A stretch of DNA of 64,000 nucleotides from the human T2T-CHM13v2.0 reference genome, Homo sapiens: the NCBI RefSeq assembly GCF_009914755.1, contig NC_060926.1; one strand, given 5' to 3'. The notes beneath the pieces were generated by a model. It did not search any database. It saw only the letters and a program-made list of their open reading frames with translations, and was not told the origin of the DNA. Position numbers and translations under genes: made by a program. This document shows positions 14,823-32,291 of this stretch, in pieces; position 1 is the stretch's first letter; every line of letters starts with the position of its first letter.

Positions 14823-17800
14823 CCTCCCTCTTTCTTACAAGTAAATATCACTGAGTACGTTACAAGCCCACTGTATGCATGTTTCTTTCCTTATTCTTTT
14901 TGCATCCTTCCTAGCCCACTGTTATTTATATTACTTCCTTAGTAGCCCTGACTGAGGGAACAACCTTAATCCTTCCCTCAGTATCTGGTACAGATTTCTC
15001 TTTCCTGCTAGCCTCTAAATGGAGAGTTTGTGAAACCACATGGCTGTTTCTCATTTCTTGCCCTCTTGATATTTAGGAAAATTGCAATTTGCTCTTTTGA
15101 AAATCACAGCATTTTTAAGGATATTTCAACCATCTTCTCTTACTTGGGATAATAAAAAAAATCTGGTTACCATTAGGATGTTAGTACTTTTTGCACTATT
15201 TAGGGTTTTGAAGTTTGTTATTGAAACAAACCATAACCTTAAGAATATCAAACTTTTCCTAAGACTTCTAGAAAGGTTCTTTGCTTTGTGTTCTACTTGC
15301 AAGTGGATTATTAATCCTGGTTCATGCTTGTGTTCAAAAGTGTTTTTTTGTTTGTTTTTGCTTTAGTATTATGTTTCTTTGCCCAAAGCAAATGCTCTAT
15401 ATTGCATGTGTATTTATAGCATATACCTATTTGCTGAGGAAATATTTATATCTTTGTGATAACTACCAGTTTCTCTGGTAAGAGAGCACATTGCTCCCGT
15501 TGTCTGTAGCAAGTGCCTGTCATTGCGTTAAGAGAAACATCTCAGCATCTCAGACATTCATACAGTAGTTTCTTTGAGGACGACTACACAGGTCTGCATT
15601 ATCCCCAGCCCCTGAGAGAGAGTGGGCCAAAGACCTGGGCCCCTTTTAGAGATCCACTCCCCAATCCCCCTTTGAGATTGAACTTTTACCACTTTACAAG
15701 CAGTAGCTTTGTTGTTAGCATAGAAAGCTGCCATCCATGTGGAGCTTAGGGACAACCAATTAAAATTTTCTTGGTATCAAATGCGTAAATGGCTTTAAAA
15801 ATGTTCAGCTGTTGTGCTAGGAAATAGTAGGTCTTATTCATTCTTTGTAACTATCTTTTTTTACCCATTAACCATTGCCACTTCTCCCCACTTACTACCC
15901 TTCCCAGCCCCTGGTAATCATCCTTCTACTCTCTATCTCCATGAGTTCAGTTGTTTTAGTTTTTTAGCTCTCACAGATAAGTGAGAACATATGAAGTTTG
16001 TCTTTCTGTGCCTGACTACTTCACTTAACATAATGACCTCCAATTCCATTAATGTTGCAAATGACAGGATCACATTTTTTTTAAATGGCTGAATAGCACT
16101 CCATCGTGTATATCTGCCACATTTTCTTTATCCATTTGTCTGTTGATGGACACGTAGGTTGTTTCCAAATCTTGGTTATTATGGTTAGTGCTGCGAGAAA
16201 CATGGGAGTGCAGATATCTCTTTGATATACTGTTTTCCTTTCTTTTGGATATGTACATAGGAGTGGGATTGCTGGTATGGTAGCTATTTCTAGTTTTTTG
16301 AGGAACTTCCAAACTGTTCTCCATACTGATTATACTAATTTACATTCTCACCAACAGTGTATGAGGGTTCCCTTTTCTCCACATCCTCACCAACATTTGT
16401 TATTGCCTATCTTTTAAATAAAAGCCATTTTAACCAGGATGAGATGATATCTCATTGCAGTTTTGACTTGCATTTCTCTGATCATCAATGATGTTGAGCA
16501 CTTTTCTGTAAACCTCTTTGCCATTTGTCTGTCTTCCTCGCTCAAGAAGTCTTTGCCCAGTCCAATGTCCTGGAGAGTTTCTCCAATGTTTTCTTTCTGT
16601 AGTTTAATAGTTTGATGTCTTAGATTTAAGTCTTTAATCCATTTTGATTTGATTTTTTATGTGAGAAGAGATAGGAGTCTAGTTTCATTCTTCTGCATAT
16701 GGATATCCAGTTTTCTCAGCACCATTTATTGAAGAGACTGTCCTTTCCCCAGTGCATGTTATTGGCACCTTTGTTGAAAATGAGTTCACTGTGGATGTAT
16801 GGATGTATGTATGGATGTATGTATTCTGGGTTCTCTACTCTGTTCCACTGGTCTGTGTATCTGTTTTTATGCCAGTACCATGCCGTTTTGGTTACTATAG
16901 CTCTGTATTATAATTTGAAGTCTGGTAATCTGATTCCTCCAGTTTTGTTCCTTTTTCTTGAGATAGCTTTGACTATTTTGGATCTTTGTGGTGCTGCATA
17001 AATTTTAGGATTTTTTTTTTCTATGAAGAGTGTCATTGGTATTTTGTTAGGGACTGCATTGAATCTGTAGATTGCTTTGGTATTGACATTTTAACAATAT
17101 TGATTCTTCCCAGCCATGAATGTGAAATGTCTTTAAACATTTTTGTGTCCTCTTTAATGAGATTCATCAATATTTTATAGTTTTCATTGTATAGATCTTT
17201 TACTTCTTTGGTTAATTCTGAGTTATTTAATTTTATTTATAACTATTGTAAATGGGATTACTTTCTTGCTTTCTTTTTCAGATTGTTTGCTGTTAGCATA
17301 TAGAAATGCTACTGATTTTTGTATGTTGATTTTATATCCTAAAAGTTTACTGAATTTTCAGTTCTAATAGTTTTTTGGTGAAGTCTTTAGGGTTTTCCAA
17401 ATATAAGATCATACCATCTGCAAGCAAGGATTATTTGACTTCTTCCTTTCCAATTTGGGTGCCCTTTATTTCTTTCTCTTGTCTGATTGCTCTAGCTAGG
17501 ACTTCCAGTACTGTGTTGAATAACAGTAGTGACAGTGGGTATTCTTGTTGTGTTCCAGACCTTAGAAGAAAGTCTTAGTTTTTCCCCATTCAGTTTGATA
17601 TTAGCTGTGGGTCTGTCCTATGCAGCTTTTGTTAGGCTGAGATATGTTCCTTCTGTACCCAGTTTTTCAAGGGTTTTTATTATGAATGGATGTTGAATTT
17701 TATCAAGTGCTTTTTCAGCATCAGTTGAAATCATCATATAGTTTTCTTCCTTCATTCTGTTGATATGATGCATCACATTGATTGGTTTGCGTATGTTGAG

Positions 17801-19023
17801 CCATGTTTGCATCCCTGGAATAAATCTCACTTGGTCATGATGAATGATCCTTTTAATGTGTTGTTGAATTTTATTTGCTAGTATTTTGTTGAGGATTTTT
17901 GCATTAATATTCATCAGTGATATTGGCCTGTAGTTTTTTTTAAATATATGTCTTTATCTGTTTTTGATATCAGGGTAATATTGCCCCTGTAGAATGAGTT
18001 TGGAAGTATTCCCTTCTCCTCTGTTTTTCAGAATAGTTTGAGTAGGATTGGTATTAATTCTTCTTTAAATGTTTGGTAGAATTCAATAGTGAAGCCATCA
18101 GGTCCTGAGTTTTCTTTGTAGGAAGACTTTTTATTACAGCTTCAATCTTGTTATTTGTTACTGGTCTGTTCAGGTTTTGCATTTCTTCATGGTTCAATCT
18201 TGGTAGGTTGTATGTGTCTAGGAATTTATCAATTTCCTACATTTTCCAATTTATTGGTATATAGTTTCTCATAATATCCACTAATGATCTTTTGAGTTTC
18301 TGCAGTATCAGTTGTAGTGTCTCCTTTTTCATCTCTGATTTTATTTCTTAGTCTGGCTAAAGATTTGTCAGTTTTGTGTAACTTTTCAGAAAACTATCTT
18401 TTTGTTTCATTGATCTTTTGGATTGTTTTCTTCATTTCAATTTCATTTACTTCTGCTCTGACCTTTATTATTTCTTCTACTAATTTTGGGTTTGGTTTGC
18501 TATTGCTTTTCTAGTTCTTTAAGATGCATCATTAGGTGGTTTATTTGAATTTTTTCTTCTTTTTCTTTTTTTTGATGTAAGCACTGCTTTCCCTGCATCC
18601 CATAGGTTTTGAATATGCTGTGATTCCATTATCATTTGTTTCAAGAAATTTTTAATTTGTTAACCCACTGGTCATTCAGCATGTTTTTTAATTTTCATGT
18701 ATTTGTATAGTTTCCAAAATTCCTCTTGTTATTGATTTCTAGTTTTGTTCCATTGTGGTCAGAGAAGATACTTTATACTATTTCAGTTTTTTTGAGTGTT
18801 TTAAGGCTTGTTTTGTGATCTAACATATGGTCTGTCCTTGAGAATGATCCATATGCTAAGGAAAAGAATGTGTATTCTGCAGCCAATGGATGAAGTATTC
18901 TGTAAATATTTATTAGGGCTATTTTGATCTATAATGCAGATTAAGCCAGCTCTTTCTTTGTTGATTTTCTGTCTGCGAGATCTGTCAAATGCTGAAAATG
19001 GGGTGTTGAAATCTCCAGCTGTT

Positions 19024-19351
<328 letters not shown>

Positions 19352-20657
19352 TTATTATATTGGGGTCTATCTCTCTCTCTCTTTAGCTCTAGTAATATTT
19401 GCTTTATATATCTGGGCACTCCGGTGTTGGGTGCATATATATTTAAGATTTTTATACCTTCTTGCTGAATTGACCCCTTTATCATTATATAGTGATCTTC
19501 TTTTTCTCTTCTTATAGTTTTTGCCTTGAAATCTATTTTATCTGATATTAATATAGGTACTTCTCCCCTTTTTTGGTTTCCATTGGCTTGGAATATCTTT
19601 TTCCATCCCTTTATTTTCAGTTGATGTGTGTCTTTATAGGTGAAGTGTGTTTCTGGTAGGCAGCAGATCATTGCATCTTGTTTTTTCATCCATTCAGCCA
19701 CTCTGTGTCTTTGTATTGGAAAGTTCAGTCCAGTTACATTCAGTGTTAACATTGATGAGTAAGGACTTACTCCTGCCATTTTGTTATTTGTTTTTTGGTT
19801 GTTTTGTGGTCTTCTCTTCTTTCCATCTTCCTGTCTTCCTTTTAGTGAAAGTGATTTTTCTCTGGTAATATGATATAATTCTTGCTTTTTAATTTTTGTG
19901 TATTTGTTGTATGTTTTTTGATTTGAGGTTACAATCAGTATTACAGATGCTATCCTTTAACCCATTATTTGAAACTGATAACAGCTTACTGTTTTTATAA
20001 ATAAATAAGCAAAAAGAAAACTAATAAAAACTCTACACTGTAACTTCATCCCCTCACTTTTTAAGTTTCTGTTGCTTTTATTCACATCTTACAATATTAT
20101 CTATGTCTTGAATAGTTGTTGTAGTTATTATTTTTAATTGGTTTATCTTTTAATCTTTCTATTTAAGGTAAGAGTAGTTTACACACCAAAGTTACAGTGT
20201 TATAATATTTCAGTGTTTTTCTGTGTACCTACTATTATCAGTGAGTTTTGTACCTTCAGATGATTTTTTATTGCTCATTAATGTTCTGTTCTTTCTAATT
20301 GAAGTACTCCCTTTAGCGTTTCTTCTAGGACAAGTCTGGTGTTGATGAAGTCCTTCAGCTTTTGTTTGTCTGGGAAAGTCTTTATTTCTCCTTGATGTTT
20401 GAAGGATACTTTCACTGGATATACTATTCCATGGTAAAAGTTTTTTTTTTCTTTAGCACTTTAAACATATTATGCCACTGTAAAGTTTCCACTGGAAAGT
20501 CTGCTGCCACATGTGTTGTAGCTCCATTGTATGTTTGTTTGTTTGTTTCTCTCTCTTTTCTTTTCTTTTTCTTTTTCTTCTTTTCTTTTCTTTCTTTCTT
20601 TTTTTCTGCTTTTAGGATCCTTTCTTTATCCCTGACCTTTAGGAGTTTGATTATTAA

Positions 20658-20974
<317 letters not shown>

Positions 20975-22835
20975 CCTTGGGGTAGTTTTCTTTTAGTTAA
21001 ATCTGCTTGGTGTTCTATAACCTTCTTGTACTTGGATATTAATGTTTTTCTCTAGGTTTGGGGAATTGTCTCTTATTATTTCTTGGATTAAATTTTCTAT
21101 CCATATGTCTTTCTCTACCTCCTCTTTAAAGCCAATAACTCGTAGGTTTGTCCTTTTGAGGCTGTTTTCTAGATCTTGTAGGCATGTGTCATTCTTTTTT
21201 ATTCTTTTTTCTCTTGTCTCTTATGTGTATTTTCAAATAACCTGTGTTCAACCTCACTAATTCTTTGTTCTCCTTGATCAGTTTTGCTATTAAAAGACTC
21301 TGATGTGTTCTTCAGTATGTCAGTTTCATTTTTCAGCTCCAGATTTTCTGTTTGATTTTTTTTAATCATTTCAATCTCTTTGGTAATTTATCTGATATAA
21401 TTCTGAATTCCTTTTCTATTATCTTGAATTTCTTTGAGTTTCCTCAAAACAACTATTTTGAATTTTCTGTCTGAAAGGTTACATATCTCTGTTTCTTCAG
21501 GATTGGTCCTTGGTGCCTTAGTTTGTTTGGTGAGGTTATGTTTTCCCAGATGGTGTTGATGCTTGTGGTTGTTCATCGGTGTCTGGACATTGAAGAGTTA
21601 GGTATTTATTGTAGTGTTCGTGGTCTAGGCCTATTGCATCTGTCCTTCTTGGGAAGGCTTTCCAGGTATTCAAAAGGATTTGTGTATTGTAATCTAAGCC
21701 GTATGTGCATTAGGGGTTACCACAAGCCCAGTAACACTGGTTTTTGCAGACTTGTAGAGGTTCTGCCTTGGTGGTCTTGGATAAGATCTGGAAGAATTCT
21801 CTGGATTACCAGGCAGAGACTCTTGTTCTCTTCCCTTACTTTCTCCTAAACAAACCACATCTCTCTGTCTGTGCTGAGCCACCTGGAGCTGGGAGTGGGC
21901 TGACCCAAGTACCCCTGTGGCCATTATCACTGGGACTGTGTTGGATCAGACCTGAAGCCAGCACAGCACTGGGTCTCACGCAAGGCCCACTGTAACCACA
22001 ACCCAACAACCTGTATTGCTGCTGAGCTGACTTTCAAACCACAGGATGCAGTCCTTCTCACCCTTCCCTCCCCTTTCCACAGGCAGAGGAGCCTCACCCT
22101 GTGGCTGCCACCACTACAGACCCATGGGGAGTACTGCCAGGCTTCCACCAATGTTCACTTAAGGCCCAAGGGCTCCTCAGTCAACTTGTGGTGATGAATG
22201 TTGCTAGGCCTGGGACTTACCCTTCAAAGTGGTGGGCTCCCCTCTGGCCCAGGGCAGGTCCAGAAGTGATGCCATGTAAGAGCCAAGGCCTAGAATCAGG
22301 AACCCCAAGAGCCCACTTGGTACCCTTCTCCCCTGAGGCCGAGCTGGTACCTAAGGTGCAAGACAAAGTCTTCCTTTCTTTTTTCTCTGCTTTTCTCAAG
22401 CAGATGGAGTCTCTCGCGATAGCCACCACAGCTGAGAATATGCTGTGTCTAACCTTAAGCTGGCATGTCTCAGAGTCTCACTCAAGGCCCATGGCATGCT
22501 ACTTGAGTATCACGGCTGGTTATTCAGGATCGGATGGCTCTTTAATTCAGCAGGTGATGAGTCCTACCGTGACTGAGTCATTCCCTTCAAGGCAACAGGT
22601 TCTCTTTGGGCGTAGGGTGTACCTAGAAATGTCATCAGTGGAAAAGTTTTCTTCCCTGTCTTTTAGTCTGGGTGAACAATGTAGTCATACTAGGTAGGAT
22701 AGATGGTCAGGACCCACAGTGTTCTAAGACCCAAATCCTATGCTAGACCAGACATTCCTCCCTATGAAGTTTACAAAAGAAATATACACAGAGGACAAAG
22801 CAAGGCGGAGGAACAATTCTTTTTTTATTAACTGA

Positions 22836-23264
<429 letters not shown>

Positions 23265-23793
23265 TAGATTAAGTTCTATTAATTGCTTTTTTAATATCAT
23301 TTGCCCATTTTTCCATCAGGGTGACTGTTCTCTTGTTGATTTACAGGAATTTCTTATCTTCTATCTAATAATCCCTTTCCTAACAGTTTTACAAACATCT
23401 TCTCTCATTTTGTCATTTAGTCATTTGTCTATTAACTTTGTGTGGCATTCATAGAACAAACATTTTTAATTTTAATGCAGTAAAAGTTGTCATACACTTT
23501 ATGGGTTTTTAAGTTTTTCCCTGTCACTAGATCACAAAGATATTCTCCCTTGTAATCTTTTATTAAGGCAAATCTTTATTAAGATTTTATTAAGGCAAAT
23601 CTTTTGTTAAGTTTTGCCTTTTGCTAAACTTTATGATGCGCATTCTTCATTGATTAAGATTATCGTCTGGTTTCTCTCTTCTAAGTCTATTTCTGATGTT
23701 GAACCATCCTTTTATTCGTCATATAAATTCTACTTAATCCTGATATGTCATTATTTTAAAAATACATGATTGGATTCACTTAGGTAATATTAG

Positions 23794-24101
<308 letters not shown>

Positions 24102-24626
24102 AAGTGTAGTATTTTTATGTGTCATGTTAAAATGGATCTTTGATTTTTTTGTTAATTCAGTGTTTAGAATCAAGATTATAATAAATTAATGAAATGTCTT
24201 GGTCAGTTTCTGAGAGTTTACTGTTTTTCTAGAACAGCTTGTGTAAAACAGGAATGAACCCTTGAAATTTGGTAGAACTCATTGTAAAATTGTACCTGCT
24301 GTTTTTCAGAAGGCAAGATCTTTGCTGTTTTAATCCCTATTATACTAATTGGTCTGTTCAGATTCTCTATCAGTTCTTGTGCCAGTTTTGGCATAATTTA
24401 ATGGGAATTTATCCATTCAACTTTATTAGCATGTAGATATTCCTAATGCTCGTTATATTCTGTTATCATTTCAAAAATCTCCTTTGTGTCTGTACTTTTG
24501 TATTCCTTTTCATTCTATATTTTAATTATTTGAATCTTCTTTTTTCTTTGATAACTCTTGCTCATCAAGGGTCTTATCTTATTAATCTTTTCAAAGAACA
24601 ATTTTGGTTGTGTTATTTTTCTCTAT

Positions 24627-24924
24627 TTTTTATTTTTATTTTTTGAGACAGTCTTGCTCTGTTGCCCAGGCTGGAGTGCAATTGCGTGATCTCGGCTCAC
24701 TGCAACCTCTGCCTGCTGGGCCCTGCCTCAGCCTCCTGACTAGCTGGGATTACAGGTGCCTGCCACCATGCCCTGCTAATATTTTTTTTTTTTTTTTTTT
24801 TTGTGGTAGAGCCAAGGTTTCACCATGTTGGCCAGGCTGGTCTCGAACTCCTGACCTGAAGTGATCTGCCCACCTTGGCCTTCCAAAGGGTTGGGATTAC
24901 AGGCGTGAGCCACCACACCTGGCC
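24627..24924 (-). mobile_element. AluS with a small internal deletion
   Basis: Alu consensus. Confidence 0.92.
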
Positions 24925-25389
24925 TTTTTTTTCCTCTATTGTTGATGTTTTGTGTATCTTTGATATTTGCCCTTAACTTTTTAATTTAATTTCTTATTTT
25001 CCAGGGATGTTGCTTTTTTGCCCTTTCCCCAAATTCTTGAGTTGAGTACTTAGCTTATTAATTTTAACTTTTCTTGTTTTCTTTGAACTGTTTTTAAAGC
25101 TACATATGTACCTCTAAATACTTCTTTAGCTCTATTCTACAGATTTTTATGTCCAGTGTTTTTATTATTATTCACTTTTAAATGTTTTCTTTTCTTTGTG
25201 ATTTCTTTTGTAACTAGGTTATTTATTAAGGCTATTTAATTCTGTATTTTGCTATTTTTTGTTAATGTTTAATTTTATTGTCAGAGTATAGGATGTCTGT
25301 ATATTTAATTCTTTATAGTTTATGGATAGTTCCATTATAGTTTATTATATTGTCTATATTTTTAAATATTACACATATGCTTTGAAAGA

Positions 25390-25422
<33 letters not shown>

Positions 25423-25536
25423 CTCCACAAATTTGATTTATAATTATATTGTTCTTCCCTTCATAGTAAGCTGTTTATTATTGTGTGTACTTTATCTGTC
25501 AGTTTCTGAGAGGGATCTTTAAAAATTTATGTCTGG

Positions 25537-25820
25537 GGGCTGGGTGTGGTGGCTCACGCCTGTAATGCCAGCACTTTGGGAGGCCGAGGTGGGCGGATCA
25601 GTTGAGGTCAGGAGTTTGAGACCAGCCTGGACAACGTGGTGAAACCCCGTCTCTACTAAAAATACAAAAATTAGGCGTGGTGGTGCACCCCTGTTGCCCT
25701 AGCTACTCAGGAGGCTGAGGCAGGAGAATCACTTGAACCCGGGAGGCAGAGGTTGCAGTGAGCCAAGATTCATACCACTGCACTCCAGCCTGGGTGATAG
25801 AGTGAAAAAAAAAAAAAAAG
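25537..25820 (+). mobile_element. AluS
   Basis: Alu consensus. Confidence 0.93.
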
Positions 25821-26389
25821 ATATACCTTCCATTTAAAAATCTGTGTCTGTAAATTTTGATGTATTTGTATTTCTTACATTTTGATTTATTTGTATTTCC
25901 TACAGTCTTGTCAATTGTAGCTTGATATATTTTGAAGTTGTGTTGTTATATACATATGTGTATGCTAGAATATACCTAGATGTATTTTTGTATACATGCA
26001 TATCCATATATGTGGATAACTATTTGTACCCATATTTATCATCAGTATTTAGTGAACATTTACAATGTGCTAGGCCCTTTCTAAGCACTTTGTAATTAAT
26101 TCTCATTACATTAGTTAATCCTTAGAACATACCTAGTATAGTGTCTATTTTAGGAATATAAATAGTATCTATCTCAGGAATTCCAGTAGTTTTTATTCCC
26201 AAGATGCAGAAAAGTTATGCAGTTGGTAAGTATACTTTAAGATCATTCTAATTGATCTGGAATAGGGCTAAGCATTGGTATTTTGAAAGAGCTCTTTAGA
26301 GATTCAAGGATTCTGCTACATACTCAGCATTGCTGCTGTAGAATCAGCCCTAGGCTTGTCCTCCCAACTATTACATTCTTTCTCCCCTA

Positions 26390-27310
26390 ATAAATAGCAA
26401 TATATACAATACAGGTTAAACATTCATAGTTCTCTAACCCTGAGTTTAATAATTCAATCAAGAATCATTGCTGGATACTAAAACTATTGAGATAAAGGTT
26501 TTGGGGACCAAGATATTCACATGGACTCAAAGTATCATGCCACAGTTGACTTACTAATTAATTACACTGGGCAGAATGTCCTTTTATAGTGGACATATTT
26601 GGTGGTCACCAGTTTAACCAACTGATCAAGCTTAGCATCATTAATTGGGATAGTCTGACATTTTGTACCTTCTGATGGGATGCATTATTGAATATCATTG
26701 TCTGTGAAGCATTCATGCTAAAAATGTTTCACCGGAATCAAGCCTCTAGCCCTAACTTCCAGTCTACTGGAAATACAGGGGATATTGGAATAAGTTAAAT
26801 GACACCAAGGGAGAAATAATAAGATTAAATCCAATGCCATGAAAAGCAAGGGGAGTTGTTCTAGTGAAACAAAAAGCAAGAGAGACATAACTAAAAATAT
26901 TGTGTGAAGCTTGGTTAGAACCTGGGTTGGGGAAATAATATGGTAGCAACAATTGGGGAGATTTAAATTTAGAGTGGATATTAGGTGACATTTTGGAATT
27001 ACCATTAATTTTCTTAGGTGCGATAATGATATTGCAGAGATATAGGAGAATGTCCTTATTTTTAGGAGATACTGGCTAACATGGTTGGGGTGAAGTATCC
27101 TGATGTCTTTAATTTATTTTGAATGGTTCAGAAAAAAGAAGAAACGAAACTATGTGGTTGTGTGTGTGTGCAAACACACGTGCATATACAAATCAAGAGA
27201 GAATGGGTGCAAATGTAGCAATATGTTAATTGGTGAATCAATAGGTGTTCATAATATCACTGTTTCAGCTTTTTAGTAAATTTAAAAATCTTTAAAATAA
27301 AACATTGGGT
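26390..27310 (+). mobile_element. L1MC/ME-type 3' UTR fragment
   Basis: aattttcttaggtgcgataatgatattg...ggagaatgtccttatttttaggagatac, ending aaaataaaa. Confidence 0.6.
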
Positions 27311-27739
27311 GAAAGAGAAAAATTGCTATGTTCTACAGTTCGGTGTGGATTTCAAGAGCTGGCATTGCTCATCCCATCTTTGGCCCTGAAGTAACTCTAA
27401 AGCATAAAATAATAATTGCTTATTCAATACAAATATAGTCAGGACTGCTGTTTTCAGCTGGGTCTTTTTTCTAAAAATTACTTTTATTCGGCCAGTCACA
27501 ATTTTATTTCCCATTAAAAATGCCAGTGTGTCACACAAGGTGGTAGTAAAATAAAAATCTTGAGTAAAGATTTTTAACTTATTTGAGTTAACAGTGGATT
27601 AAGAGAAATTCTTGTGAAAATTAATGAAGCCTTCAAGTAATTTTGTAAACATGATTGTTTTTATGAACCTCCTGTAAAAGTCAAACAGAATGACTTTTGT
27701 AAAAGTGAAACGTTCATTTGCTTGAATGTTCTGATTATT

Positions 27740-28700
27740 TCTAATAATTTTGTAGTTGGTTGTTTTGATTTTCTAGGTGTAAAATAATTTTGTCTTTTCC
27801 TTTCTAATTTTGTACCTTTTATTTATTACCTTATTTCATTGGCCATTACTTTAAGAACTGTGTTGCATAATAGTGGTGATTGTCTTGTTCCAGACTTTAA
27901 TGGGAATGCTTCCAATATTAAACCCTCAAGCACAATGCTGGTTATTGGCTTGAGACCAAGTTAACCAAATGTCCTCTTTTATATTAAAAGTTTCTGTTGG
28001 GAATAGATATTGAATTCTCCTCAAGTGCCTTTTGAGCCTCTTTCAAGATGCTGTTTTTCCCTTTGGCTTGTTAACATGATGACATATAATATTGAATAAT
28101 TCTTGCATTCCTCATCTGACCATGACCTTCATTTAGTCATGGTATGTAGCATGCATTAACATGTAATTCAGTTGTGTTTGCTAATTTATTCATGATTTTT
28201 GGATTTACAATAAAAAGTGACATTAGTCTGCAGTTTCTTCTTGTTTTCGTAACTTGGTAGGAAGAATTGGGGAGCTTTTCTCATTGCCTTGGAATAGTTA
28301 CAATAGCGTTGAGAGTGATCACATATTCTCAATGATTGAAGCAATTGAAGAACTCATACTTGAAACATGGGCTAGAGCTTTCTTTAGTTGGCAACTTTCT
28401 CAATCTCCAGTGATTATTGATTTCTTTAAATTTTCTTTGCATGTATTTTGATAATTATATTTTCCAGGAAAATAATACATTTTGAGCACATACTGTAATG
28501 TATTAGAATAGAGCTATATGAAGTATTTTCAGTTGTTTAGTTTCATCTGTATCTGTGATCATAACCCCTTTCAGGTCCCCCCCCACCACCTTTTTTTAAC
28601 ACTAGCTAGTGACTTAATCTGTTTAATTTTTAATGGAAATAGATTTCTGCCATTTTTGTTTATTATAAATAATTTCTACTGTTTTTATTACCAAGGAATT
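27740..28700 (-). mobile_element. Old L1 ORF2 fragment
   Basis: cttgttccagactttaatgggaatgcttcc is an antisense RT-region motif. Confidence 0.6.
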
Positions 28701-28994
28701 TCTTTTAGATATGGTAAATGTGAGATGGTCATATTTAATTAGAAATACAGACTGAAGTTCATGATAGAGGTCTGTGAACTGGAAATGCAGTTTCATGAGT
28801 CATTACTGTCAAATTAATTCCTTGAGTAACTCCTGGATTCTGAGAGTTCTTTTAAGAGACTGTCAGAGGACGAGGGCCTACCTGTTCTCTTTTCCTGCCA
28901 CCTGGCTTTCCCTCCCTGACGCAGCAGGTATTGTTTATCAAACTGTCCCCTGCCCTGGAGTCTCTATAACACACAGAAACTTTTGTGGGTTAAA

Positions 28995-29905
<911 letters not shown>

Positions 29906-32001
29906 GAGGTTTTTAAAAGAGGGATTTTTGTTGGTTATTAAATACTTGGTTATTAGGGGGGTTAACAGAAACTGAAAATGTTGATGTATTATAGAAAATC
30001 TTGAAATAATAATGATTACATCTGTTCTTTATTCAAATATAACTGGAGCTTGCCCAGCTCTTTTTCAGGCTTTTCCTTTTCACTTCTTTCTCTTCCCATT
30101 TTTTAAAATCCTGGAGTCATTCCTACCTACTTGCCTAGTTTCTCTTTGACACATCAACAGACCTAGGCAGCTTGGGTTTCAGAACATTTTTCTAACATTA
30201 CAAAGGACTTATTTTATAGAATATACTCTGCCCCACTCTGCCTCTTCCAGCTAGCAAGAAACATCAGCCTTGCTAACACTTTTAGCACAAAATTGTTGGG
30301 ATGGAAACCTAAATGAAAGGAAATAATGTCTCACAAATGTTCATCCTGTTATCTGGAAACAGGGATTCCCAGGCTCCCAACATGTCAGTCGCTATGTGTG
30401 CCTGTCCTTCTCCTTTGTTGGAGGTGAGTGAAGACTTGAAGGCCCCTGTGCCTATCATCCCCATGGCTTTTCCGGCACCTTTTCCAATATGGTGTTCCTG
30501 ACTCTCTTGCTTGCTCTGCAGTTTTAGCTTTATACTAGGCTCCCTGGGCTTTTTTATAATTCATTTTCCTTGGGTTTACTGGTAATGAAAAGGGTCTCTG
30601 AGTAATGGTATCATTTTTTCCTTACTTCCTTTTCCATGCTCTCTAGATTCTAGCCACTTTTGGACTCTTTCTTCCCAGTCCATCTACTGATCCCACTCTG
30701 TGTTACTTTCCAGATCAGTCCAGTCCATGCTCATGACAAGGTATTGACTCAGGGCCATATCTATTTACAATTACATTACATTGCCATAGAAATAATAAAA
30801 TTCTGGCCCTGGTCGGGTCCTACAAGATCATGTACTCTTGTTGACATGTGATACTCTACCCCTAATGGCTCTTAGTGGGGCACTTTATGTTATTTACAAA
30901 TACTGTTTTATAATACTGAATGAAAATGGTAAATTTTAAAGGGATGGAGGAAGATTTACCAAGCAAATGGAAAACAGAAGAAACCAGGATTGTAATCCCA
31001 GTTTCCAACAAAACAGACTTTAAACCACCAAAGATCAAAAAAGACAAAGAAGGGCATTACATAATGGTAAAGGGTTCAATTCAACAAGAAGAGTTGCATT
31101 ACATAATGGTAAAGGGTTCAATTCAACAAGGAGAGTTAAATGTCCTAAATATATATGCACCCAATACAGGAGCACCCAGATTTATAAAGCAACCTCTTAG
31201 AGACCTTCAAAGAGACCTAGATTCCCACTCAATAATAGCGAGAGACTTTAACACCCCACTGACAATATTAGATTATTGAGACAGAAAATTAACAAAGATA
31301 TTCAGGACCTGAACTCAGCTCTGGATCAAGTGGACCTGATAGATAGATATCTGCAGAACTCTCCACCCCAAAACAACAGAATATACATTATTCTTATTGC
31401 CACATGGCACTTATTCTAAAATTGATCACGTAATCGGAAGTAAAACACTCCTCAGCAAATGCAAAAGAACTGAAATCATAACAAATGGTCTGTCGGACCA
31501 CAGTGCAGTCCAATAGAACTCAAGATTAAGAAATTCACTTAAAATTATGCAACCACATGGAAATTAAACAACCTGCTCCTGAATGACTTTTGGGTAAATA
31601 ATGAAATTAAGGCAGAAATCAGGAAGTTCTTTGAAACTAATGAGAACAAAGATACAATGATCCAGTATCTCTGGGATGCAACTAACGCAGTGTTAAGAGG
31701 GAAATTTATAGCAATAAACGCCCACATCAAAAAGCTAGAAAGATCTCAGGTTAACAACCTATCATCACGACTAAAAGAACTACAGAACGAAGAGCAGACA
31801 AACCCCAAAGCTAGCAGAAGAGAAGAAATAACCAAGATCAGAGCTGAACTGAAGGAGACAGAGGCATGAAAAACCCTTCAAAAAATTAAGAAGTCCAGGA
31901 GCTGGTTTTTTGAAAAAAATTAATAAAATAGATAGACCACCAGCTAGACTAATAGAAGGAGAGAAGATTCAAATAAATACAATCAGAAATGATAAGGGGT
32001 A

Positions 32002-32291
32002 GGCTGGGCGCAGTGGCTCACGCCTGTAATCCCAGCCCTTTGGGAGCCTGAGGTGGGTAGATCACTTGATGCAGGAGTTTGAGACCAGCCTGGCCAACAT
32101 GGTGAAACCCCGTCTCTACTAAAAATACAAAAATTAGCTGGGCATGGTGGTGCATGCCTGTAATCCCAGCTATTCAGGAGGCTGAATCAGGAGAATCACT
32201 TAAATCCAGGAGGTGTAGGATACAGTGAGCCGAGGTCTCGCCACTGCACTCCAGCCTGGGCAGGCGACAGAGCGAGACTCCATCTCAAAAA
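32002..32291 (+). mobile_element. AluS in L1
   Basis: Alu consensus, with TSD agaaatgataagggg. Confidence 0.93.

Noticed and set aside
22101-22697. 198-aa ORF antisense to the L1 5'UTR (ORF0-like position)
   Set aside because: It has a non-ATG start, no recognisable similarity to L1PA ORF0, and lies in GC-richer degenerate UTR where chance ORFs are common.
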